Shown here: positions 1 through 8,200 of the stretch, in pieces
How positions within the stretch are numbered: the first letter of the stretch is position 1
Layout of the letters: each line of letters starts with the position of its first letter
Assembly: GCA_964534375.1 (NCBI GenBank)
Contig: CAZHPN010000107.1
Location: 1-20,389, forward strand
DNA from: an uncultured bacterium
Lineage (GTDB): Bacteria; Lernaellota; Lernaellaia; Lernaellales; Lernaellaceae
Direction: 5' to 3'
Length of the DNA stretch: 20,389 nucleotides
Position numbers and translations under genes: made by a program
Notes under the pieces: generated by a model
Database searches by the model: none
Told to the model about the DNA's origin: nothing
Seen by the model: only the letters and a program-made list of their open reading frames with translations

Positions 1-2
1 AA

Positions 3-836
3 CTGCCGCGGCGCTGGCGCGGCGAAGGGTATGCGAGTCTCGCCCTATGGCTGTATGACCAATGGGCCCGGACGATGGACTGCGAGGCGGCGGCGCCGCG
101 CGAAGGTTGCCGCGGCCGCGGTCTCGCCGAAATGGCGATCTGGCTCCGTCCGAGGGATGCGCTGTACGCCGTGGCCGGCGGCGCGGGGGCGGCCGAGGTG
201 CGGCAAAATCTCGTCGCGGGCTGGGGCGTTGCGCTTTCCCGCGAATGCTTCGGCGGGGCCGGCAAACCGCTCGACCGGGAAGTCCTCGACCGGCGGGCGC
301 ATGCGTTCTCGGACCTGAAAAACCTGGACCAGGCCGCCGGAACAATATTTGCGGCCGGCCTGGGTTACGGCTTCGAAGAAGCGCTGGCGCAGCGGCGATC
401 GTCGGCAAGAAACCGCAACCGTGGGCGGGAGCTGCCGGCAAGCCCAGAGCAAACGCGTCTCTTGCGCAGTCTGCTGCCCCAGCTCGACGACAGCGAATTT
501 CTTCTCGCGGTGCTGCGAGGCGCCGCCGCCGCGCAGGGCGAACGCCTGGGAAGTTACCGCCTGAGCTGGCGCCCGGATTACCTGGAATTCGCGAACGTCC
601 TGTCGGCGTGGGCCGGCGATGTCCCCGCGCCCGCCGGCGCGGCGGCAAGGACGGCCGTGGAAAAAGGCTATGCCGAGGGATTGGCCAAGAGTCTGAGGTC
701 GGACTTCACCCGCATCGTCGTCGGATTTGAGGGCGGCGAGGCCGACGCTCTTCGCGAGGCGCTTGTGGCGCAAGGTCTGAAGATGCGGCGGCGCGGCGAC
801 CATCCGGACGAGTACGATTTGGAGCCGCTGGATTGA
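3..836 (+). CDS. Hypothetical protein, 5'-truncated by the window edge; C-terminal helical domain similar to the middle domain of the 17085..20093 protein
   Basis: Frame of the 75..836 ORF is open back to base 3 (LPRRWRGEGYASLALWLYDQWARTMDC...), stop TGA at 834-836. Colinear motifs are shared with the last gene (LPRxW, AGLGYG, EKGYAEGLA). Confidence 0.75.
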   Translation: MPRRWRGEGYASLALWLYDQWARTMDCEAAAPREGCRGRGLAEMAIWLRPRDALYAVAGGAGAAEVRQNLVAGWGVALSRECFGGAGKPLDREVLDRRAHAFSDLKNLDQAAGTIFAAGLGYGFEEALAQRRSSARNRNRGRELPASPEQTRLLRSLLPQLDDSEFLLAVLRGAAAAQGERLGSYRLSWRPDYLEFANVLSAWAGDVPAPAGAAARTAVEKGYAEGLAKSLRSDFTRIVVGFEGGEADALREALVAQGLKMRRRGDHPDEYDLEPLD

Positions 837-867
837 CGCATCGCCGACGGGACTCGGCATCGGGAAA

Positions 868-895
868 ACAGGTCCGATTCTTGTCGGGCGCGCCC
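868..895 (+). other. Degenerate tRNA-Arg-like 3' fragment (T-arm + acceptor 3' strand), possible att scar
   Basis: ACAGG-TCCGATT-CTTGT-CGGGCGC-G-CCC resembles the tRNA-Arg 3' end (A)CAGGTTCGAATCCTGTCGGGCGCGCCA with four mismatches. No 5' half is present upstream. Confidence 0.35.
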
Positions 896-1424
896 GTGCG
901 CCGTCCCTCATGTGCGACAGCATCCGGACAGTTGACGATACGAATTGTAATCTGCGATTTCCTGGCGCCCGGCGCCCCCGGCTCCTGCGCGTTCGCCGCA
1001 AAAATGATAACTATCTGACATCACAGCTTTTCCAGCCGCATTCCGTTTTTGGCGCCGTCCTTGCGTCGTCCTCTCGCGGACCTCAAACGCGGAGGTAGGT
1101 CGGGTCGCGAAGTCCGGGTATGATCCGGCGATCGGCGTTGCTGCGGCGGTCGTCAAACGGCGAGTCACGTAGTTTCGCCGTTTCGTTGACGCTTGGCGCT
1201 CGTCACCGTCATGGACGGTGACCGGCGCGGGCTGCGCCACCGGCGGCAGCGCGCCACTGGCGCGACCGCGGGTGCGCGGCTCGCGCCCGACATTCGGCAA
1301 ACGCCGGCAACTTTTCGCCGGAAAGGAGGAAATGCAGGAACGCGGCGCCTTGAGTTTACGAAAAGTAACTGCGGATTTCGATTCGATGGCGCCCGGTCAC
1401 GTATCGAATTGAGAAGGTTGAATG

Positions 1425-1479
1425 TAACTATTTGAACTTATTGAAGTTAATTATCGGTGTTTGTTGGCCCAATCTTTGA
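1425..1479 (+). promoter_or_regulatory. Putative sigma54-type promoter with an upstream IHF-like site
   Basis: TGGCCCAATCTTTGA (1465-1479) has GG-N10-GA spacing (canonical is GG-N10-GC). TAACTATTTGAA (1425-1436) resembles the IHF consensus YAANNNNTTGATW. Both lie in an AT-rich block upstream of a pilin-like gene. Confidence 0.3.
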
Positions 1480-1553
1480 AATACGATTGCTTGCGGTTTC
1501 GTCTTGAAAAGAAAACGCGTGTTGAAAAAGGCTCTTCGAGCAAGGAAATGAAA

Positions 1554-2309
1554 ATGAAGAAGATAACTCGGCGCACGCCCAAACCAATCGGGTTTCGCAT
1601 CATCGAGGCGATCGGAATCCTAGCGGTCCTGATCGACCTGATCGCGATCTCGTATCCGCATTTCGTGCGCGCGGCCGACCTGGTGCGCACCACGGCCGTG
1701 CTGCGTCAACACCGCGGGTCCGCGGAGACGACGTTTGACGTGCTCGCCGCCGGGGCGGCGCGCGACATCATTGCGGCCGAGGCGCTCCTCGCGAATGAAG
1801 CCGGCGAACTAGCGGGCGACTGGATCGAACTCATTTCCGCCGCCCGCCTCGCGCCGGCGCCGGCGCCGCAGCGCGCCGAGGCCCCGGCCCCGGCGAGCGC
1901 CGCGCCCGACGCGGCGAAAGCGATCCCGCCGGCGCCGCTGAAAGCCGTCAACGCCGCCGACATCAAGGCGACGATCGGCGCGTACACCGGCCGCGTGAAG
2001 TTCTGCTTCGCCAAGAAGCCGGACGCGGCCGGCGTCGCGACGATCCGTTTTGTCGTGCATCCGGACGGCGGCGTCACCGACGTCAACCTGGCGCAGTCGA
2101 CGCTCGGCAGCGCCGACATCGAACAATGCCTGCTGCGCCACGTGTCCGTCATGCGCTTTCCCGCGTTCGACGGCGCGGCCAAGACCATTACGGTGCCCTT
2201 TCGCATGGATCAACGCTCGGCGCCCGCGCCGGGCGGTGCGACGACGGCGCAGCTTGACGCGGGTTCTTCGGCGGCGTCGCTGCCGATCGCCGCTGCCCGC
2301 CGGCAGTGA
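1554..2309 (+). CDS. Prepilin-like N-terminus / AgmX-PglI (TonB-C-like) C-terminal domain protein, ~251 aa
   Basis: AAGGA at 1542-1546 precedes ATG 1554. N-terminus MKKITRRTPKPIG|FRIIEAIGILAVLIDLIAISYP, then a Pro/Ala linker, then a domain with RVKFCF...GVATIRFVVHPDGGV...STLGSADIEQCLL...MRFP...ITVPF (two Cys), typical of AgmX/PglI C-terminal domains. Confidence 0.75.
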   Translation: MKKITRRTPKPIGFRIIEAIGILAVLIDLIAISYPHFVRAADLVRTTAVLRQHRGSAETTFDVLAAGAARDIIAAEALLANEAGELAGDWIELISAARLAPAPAPQRAEAPAPASAAPDAAKAIPPAPLKAVNAADIKATIGAYTGRVKFCFAKKPDAAGVATIRFVVHPDGGVTDVNLAQSTLGSADIEQCLLRHVSVMRFPAFDGAAKTITVPFRMDQRSAPAPGGATTAQLDAGSSAASLPIAAARRQ

Positions 2310-2342
2310 ACGGCGGTCGGCGAAGTCGGCGGGGCCCAGCGC

Positions 2343-2457
2343 TGGGAATATTGGGATTTCTGGGAATTATGGGAAGCCTGGGAATAAGGAGAACTATCGG
2401 GTCGTCGTGGGAGATCGCGCGATTCCCATAGCTCCCATCATTTCCATGATTCCCCAG
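2343..2457. repeat. Degenerate 9-bp-period repeat (TGGGA core) in two opposed arms between convergent genes
   Basis: Left arm 2343-2396: tgggaatat tgggatttc tgggaatta tgggaagcc tgggaataa ggagaacta. Right arm 2422-2457: attcccata gctcccatc atttccatg attccccag. Confidence 0.8.
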
Positions 2458-2483
2458 GCTATGCGCGCCGTCGCCAGCCGCCG

Positions 2484-5123
2484 TCACCCGATCGGCGCGA
2501 ACAAGCTGATCGCCGTGCCGGCGCCGGGGGCCGTGACGATCTCGTAGCGGCCGCCGATCCATTGCAAGCGCTCTTGAATGCTGAACAGCCCGAAACCGCT
2601 CTTTGAAACGTTCGCGTCTTTCGCGAGATCGGCGTCGAACCCCTTCCCTCGGTCGCGGACGACAATCGCCAGGCCGCCGTCGTCCGCGCGAGCCAACACC
2701 ACCTCGGCGCGATCCACCCCGGCGTGCTTGACGACGTTGAACAGAAGTTCGCGGATGATCCGGAACAGCAGCACGCGGATCTCGTGCCGCGCGTCGACTT
2801 CCTCGTCGAGGTGCAACTCGACATTCAGCCCGTGCCGCTCGCGCGCCCAGCGGGCGATCCAACGCAAGATGTCCGTCAGGTTGCCGTCCTGCAGGACCGG
2901 CGGCGAAATTTCCGCCGTCAACGTGCGCGACGCCGTGAGCGACCGGTTCAACAGGTCGACGCCTTTTTCCAGCGATTGGCGTACATGCGCGTCGCCGCCG
3001 GCGACTGCCGCGGCGGCGGCCACCGCCAGCTTCGCCGCGACCAGCAGTTGCTGGAGATCGTCGTGGAGAAATTGGGCGAGGGTTTTGCGTTCGTCGATTT
3101 CGGCCTGGCTCAGCTTGTGCGCCAGATCGCTCAACTGTGCGGCGCGTTTCTCCAACTCCACCGTGCGCTGCCGCACCCGCGCTTCCAGTTCGGCGTTCGC
3201 GGTCTTCAACGCCTGCTCCGCCTGCCGCCGCTCCAACTCGCCGGCGACGCGCGGCGCCACGAGTTGCAGAATCGACTCGGCGACGTGCACGTTCGCGCAG
3301 GGTTTCCGGCTGCCCAGGGCGATCAGGCCCAGCGGCTTGCCGGCGAAATCCCAGAGCGTGGTCCCGATGTAACTGTCGAGCAGCAACCGCTGGAGCCGCT
3401 CGTTTTTCGGGAACGCCTCGCGCACCCCGGTGGGAAAACTGCGGCTCGTCTTGCCGACGACTTCGCCGCAGGGGGTGTCCGGCAACGGATAGGTCATGTT
3501 CTCGCGAAACTCGCCGTCATGGAGCAAAGCGACGGTGTGCGCCGACAAACCGTCCGCCGACAGGCGGTCGATGCAGATGCTGTCCATCGCGAGCGTTTCG
3601 GCGAGGTGCCGCGCGAGCGAACGAAAGAAATCCTCGTCCGTCTCGCCAAAACCGCGGCGCGCAAGGAACAACTGCGTTTTTTCGATCAGCTTGCGTTCGG
3701 TGATGTCGACGAAGGACCCGGCGAAACCGATCGTCGCGCCGGCATCGTCCTTCACCGCACTGCCGGACGCTTGCACCTCGAATTCGGTTCCATCCGGCCG
3801 GCGGGCCGTCAATTCGCCGAAATAAGAGCCGGTCGCGCGCAAGGCGGTCCCTGCCTCGCGAGATTTCACGTTGCCGGCGAAAAAGTCCGCAATCGGCTTG
3901 CCGACAGCGTCTGCTTCGCTCGCAATGTTCCACAATTTCGCAAAGGCAGGATTGATATACGTAACTCGGCCCTGCAGGTCGGCCAAATGGATGGCGTTGA
4001 TCGAGCCGCGCACCGCCTGTTCTTTCACCCGCAGTTCGTCTTCGGCGCGCTTGCGCTTGATGATTTCCCAGACAACGTCGGCGACGAAAGAAACGGCTTG
4101 GACGTCCGCGTCCGTGTAATCCGCGGACTTGTTGCCGACGCCGAGGATGGACACGATCCGCCCTCGTTTCGTCACCGGCACAACGAGTTCCCGAATAACC
4201 GGAGCGTGGCCGGGCGGCAGGCCTTTGCGATGGGGCAACGAGGCATAGTCGTTGTGGATCACCGGGCTTTTCGTGCGGACGCAGTCCGTCCAAACGCCGG
4301 CCTCGTCGATCCCGTAATGCCGGCCCTTGCCCTCCGCCTTGCAGAATTCGGCGACGGTGCGCGTCGACCAGGCCTGCAGCGTCAGCGATTGCTGATCGGC
4401 GTCGACGAAGTGGTAAAAGCCCACGGGGCTGCCGGTCAAGACGCCGGCTTGATCCACGGTTTCTTGCATGAGCTCGTCGAGGGAATGCGATGTCGCGAAC
4501 TCCAAAAGCGCCAGACGCGTGCGGGTGAAGACTTCCGCGCGCCGGCTGTCCGTGATGTCGATCGCGACCGCGCGGCAGGTTTGCCCGTCCTCGACGGCCG
4601 CGGCCTCGATGCGCACCACGCGTTCGCTGGTCGCGTCGACCGGCCGGGCCAGGACGCCGGCGATGTCGATCAAGACGGCCTCGCAGGTTTCCTTCGTTCC
4701 TTTGGCCTCGCCCGCGAAGATCCTCGTCAGGAACGCCGTGAAATCGGGGCGGTGGGGCCCGGAAACAAAGGCGTCGAAGCGCCGGCCGACCAGTTTCGCG
4801 CGCGGCAAACCGAGCAGGTTGGCGCCGGCCAGGTTCGCCTGGCGGATTGTGCCGTCCGGCGTCAGCGTGAAATAGCCTGCCGGCGCAAAGTCGTACAGGT
4901 CGGAGTACGCCGCCAGCATGGCCTCGGTCGCCGCCCGCGATTGCGTCAACTCCTCGTTCTGCATCTCCAGTTCAATCTGGTGTACGTGCAATTCGTGGAC
5001 AAGCCGTTTTGTTTCTGCCTCGTCAGTTGACCGGGCCGCCTTCGCCTCTTTCTCGTTCAGCTCTTGTTCGGCCCGATCGCGCAGATTGGCTGGCGGCGTC
5101 TTTTTTCTTTTGTTATTTTTCAT
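2484..5123 (-). CDS. Cytoplasmic PAS-GAF-PAS-GAF sensor histidine kinase (HisKA_3 / NarX-UhpB type), 879 aa
   Basis: H-box ERKTLAQFLHDDLQQLL, N-box RELLFNVVKHA, G1 DRGKGFD, G2 GFGLFSIQERL and PGAGT. PAS domains end in DITD/DITE; GAF motifs CVRTKSPVIHNDY and TPCGEVV. GGAG RBS; no transmembrane segment seen. Confidence 0.93.
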   Translation of the reverse strand: MKNNKRKKTPPANLRDRAEQELNEKEAKAARSTDEAETKRLVHELHVHQIELEMQNEELTQSRAATEAMLAAYSDLYDFAPAGYFTLTPDGTIRQANLAGANLLGLPRAKLVGRRFDAFVSGPHRPDFTAFLTRIFAGEAKGTKETCEAVLIDIAGVLARPVDATSERVVRIEAAAVEDGQTCRAVAIDITDSRRAEVFTRTRLALLEFATSHSLDELMQETVDQAGVLTGSPVGFYHFVDADQQSLTLQAWSTRTVAEFCKAEGKGRHYGIDEAGVWTDCVRTKSPVIHNDYASLPHRKGLPPGHAPVIRELVVPVTKRGRIVSILGVGNKSADYTDADVQAVSFVADVVWEIIKRKRAEDELRVKEQAVRGSINAIHLADLQGRVTYINPAFAKLWNIASEADAVGKPIADFFAGNVKSREAGTALRATGSYFGELTARRPDGTEFEVQASGSAVKDDAGATIGFAGSFVDITERKLIEKTQLFLARRGFGETDEDFFRSLARHLAETLAMDSICIDRLSADGLSAHTVALLHDGEFRENMTYPLPDTPCGEVVGKTSRSFPTGVREAFPKNERLQRLLLDSYIGTTLWDFAGKPLGLIALGSRKPCANVHVAESILQLVAPRVAGELERRQAEQALKTANAELEARVRQRTVELEKRAAQLSDLAHKLSQAEIDERKTLAQFLHDDLQQLLVAAKLAVAAAAAVAGGDAHVRQSLEKGVDLLNRSLTASRTLTAEISPPVLQDGNLTDILRWIARWARERHGLNVELHLDEEVDARHEIRVLLFRIIRELLFNVVKHAGVDRAEVVLARADDGGLAIVVRDRGKGFDADLAKDANVSKSGFGLFSIQERLQWIGGRYEIVTAPGAGTAISLFAPIG

Positions 5124-5262
5124 TTCGCGCTCTCCGCCTGTGGGACCGTCATGCGACCCGCGTCTTATTTTTCTGCGTTGCCGATCCGAGATTCGCCGTG
5201 ACCGAATGGCCCAGGTGTGGCACTCTCATCAAGAGTGTAAGACACATTCTCAACACAAGCCA

Positions 5263-8200
5263 CTACCCCGCCACATCCACAATCGCCTTGACCAATTCCT
5301 CCATCGGCCCGTCTTTCACCAAATAGCGCACGGCCCCCGCCGCGCGCATCTGCGCCGCCATGTCGTCCTCGGCGTGCATGGACAGGCCGATCACGCGCAC
5401 CGCGGGCATTTCGGTGGAAAGGACGCGCGTCGCCTCGACGCCGCTCATGATGGGCATGGTGACGTCCATCAGCACGACATCCGGCCGCAATTGCCGGGCC
5501 TGCTCGACCGCCTGCCGGCCGTCGGCCGCCTCGCCTACGATCGCGAGCCGCGGCTCCTTCTTGAGCAGTTCGACGAGGCCCTTGCGGACAACGGTGTGGT
5601 CGTCCGCGACCAGGACGCGGATCGCCCCCGGGGCCGACGCGGGCGAAATGGCCGCCGCGGCCGAGGGCGGCGCCGCTTCCGCAGGTTCGGCCGCCACCGG
5701 CGCCGGAAGAGGCGCCGTCAGGATGAAACGCGTCCCCTGGCCGGGCGCGCTCTCGATTTCGAGGCGGCCGTCCAGGAAGGCCAGCCGCTCGCGGATATTG
5801 AGCAGGCCGAAACTGCCGGGAGCGTCGCCGGCGGCGTAGGCGGCGGCGTCGAAACCCCGCCCGCGGTCGGACACGACGATGCGCAGGTTACGGCCCTCGT
5901 CGTGGGTCATCGCCACCCGGGCGCTGGCCACCCCGGCGTGCTTGACGACATTGAACAGCAGTTCCCGCACCGCCTGGTAACTCATCAAGCGCAGCGCCTC
6001 GGGCAGCGGCACGGGCAGATCGTCCGCCGAAACCTCGACCGTCAGGCCGTGTTTGTCCCGCATCCAGCGGGCGAGCCACATTAACCCCGCCGCGAGGCCG
6101 GCGTCGTGCAGCACTGGCGGCGAAAGTTCCGCGGTGAGCGACCGGCTGGCGTCGATGGATTGCCCGAGCAGGTCGAGCACGCGTTGCGCCTCGGCCTTGA
6201 GATTCGGATCGACGGCCTGCTGCCGCAGCGACGACGCGCCGAACTTGGCTGCGACCAGCAATTGCTGGAGATGGTCATGGAGCACCTGCGCCAGGCGCTT
6301 GCGTTCCTGCTCTTCCGCCTGCGCCAATTGCGACGTCAAGGCCCGCAATTGCAGGGCCCGCCGTTCCAGTTCCGCCGTGCGTTCGTGCACGCGCCGTTCG
6401 AGCGTGGCGTTCAACTCCCGCAACGCTTCTTCGGCGCGCTTCCGATCGGTGATGTCGCGCGCCACGACCACCGACCCGACGATGGCGCCGTCGTTGCCGC
6501 GAATGGCGCTGAAGGAGTAACTGCCGACCCAGGCTTCGCCGGTGTCTTTACGGCGCAGGCCGTATTCCGCGTTCGTCACCGTTTCGCCGCGCAGCGCCCG
6601 GGGCACGGCCCACATGTCGAGCGGCGCCACGTCGCCGTTGGGCAGGAAGACGTCGATGATATCCGGGTAATCGGCAAACTGTTTGGCGCACTCGGCCTTG
6701 GTTTTGAAGCGGTGGAACGTCGCGAAGGCGTCGTTGAATTCGATGAATTGCCCGGCGTCGTCGGAAATGAACACGGCGTCGGTCATGCTGGCCAGCGCCG
6801 CGTCGAGTTTCGCGCGGCTGGCGCGCACCTCTTCCGCCGCCCGCTGGCGCTCGCTGATGTCGTTGAAAATGATCGCGACCTGGCGGTCTTCCGGCCGGCC
6901 GACGCGGTACGCGGAGACTTCGTAATAACGATTCAACGCCTTGGCTTCGTTCAGAAAGTGCAATGGCGTCCCGGTTTTGGCGATCTCTCCGTAGATCTCG
7001 AACCAGTGCGCCTCGTGATCCGGGGCCAGCGATTTCATCAATTTGCCCTCGGCGTCGTGCAGCCCGGTCTGTCTTTCGAACGCCGCGTTGATCCTCAGGA
7101 AGCGGTAATCGATCGGCCGGTCGGCGGCGTCGAAAATCACCTCGATGATGCAGAACCCTTCGTCCATCGTGTTGAACAGCGTGCGATACCGCTCTTCGCT
7201 TTCGCGCAACGCCGCCTCGACCCGCTTGCGGTCGGTGATGTCCGTGAGCATGCCGAGCGTGCCGGCGAAATTTTCTTCTTTGTCATGCAGCGGCGAGGCC
7301 GTCGTCAGCGCCCAGACGACCGAACCGTCCCGGCGGCGGTATCGTATTTCGGAAGTGTCCACGGACCCTTGCCGCCGGCGCTCCAACCGCTCGAGCACGA
7401 GGTGCGCCTCGTCCTCGTCCAGGAATTCCGCCGTCTTCCGCCCCAGCATTTCTGCGGGCTCGTACCCGAGCATTTCCGCCATGCGGCGGTTCACGTACGT
7501 CGTCTTCGTCTCCGCGTCCACGGCCCAGACGCCTTCGTGCGCCGTTTCCACGAACTGCCGGTACTTTTCCTCGCTCTCGCGCAACGCCTCCTCGGCCCGC
7601 CGCAGGTCGGTGATGTCGCGAATGGCCACCACGCAGCCAACGACACGGCCGGCCGCATCGCGCACCGGAGCGGCGCTGTTGAGGACGAAGCCCCGCGACC
7701 CGTCGAACCGCTGGATTTTCACCAATTGGTCTTTGACAGCGACGCCGCTTTGCGCCGCCCGCGGCGCGGCCCACTCCTCGGGCTCGACGGGCCGGCCCGT
7801 GTCCGGCCACCAGGCCCGGTACGCGGCGTGGTCGGCGTAGGAATCGGTCGGCGGCGGCTGACCCCAGATTTCCTGGAAGGCGCGATTCGAACGGACGACG
7901 CCGCCCTTGTCGTCCAGAACGGCCAGGCCCGTCGGCAGGGCTTCCATTGCCGCCTCCAGCCGCCGTTTCTCGTTCTCCGCCGCGGTCCGCGCCGCCTCGA
8001 CCTCCGCGGACCGCTGGCGCAAGGCCTCTTCCGCCAGCTTGCGCTCGGAGATGTCCACGAACACCACGGCGAAACGGCCGGGCTCGGTTCGAAAGGCGGA
8101 CACCTCAAACCAACGATCCAACGGACCGAACCGGGCTTCGAAATGCGCCGGCTCCCCGGTCAGCGTCACTTCGCCGTACCGATCGAGCCATTCGCGCTCC

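Noticed and set aside
820..895. Intact tRNA gene
   Set aside because: No acceptor 5' strand, D-arm or anticodon arm; only a 3'-like fragment, reported separately.
1100..1130. RNase P RNA suggested by GAAGTCCGGG
   Set aside because: It lacks the full GAGGAAAGTCC motif and the conserved 3' ACAGAA-CCGGC-TA segment.
1295..1370. c-di-GMP-I (GEMM) riboswitch suggested by GGCAAAC...GAAAGG
   Set aside because: The GNRA-capped P2 stem and the following GACGCAAAG segment cannot be built.
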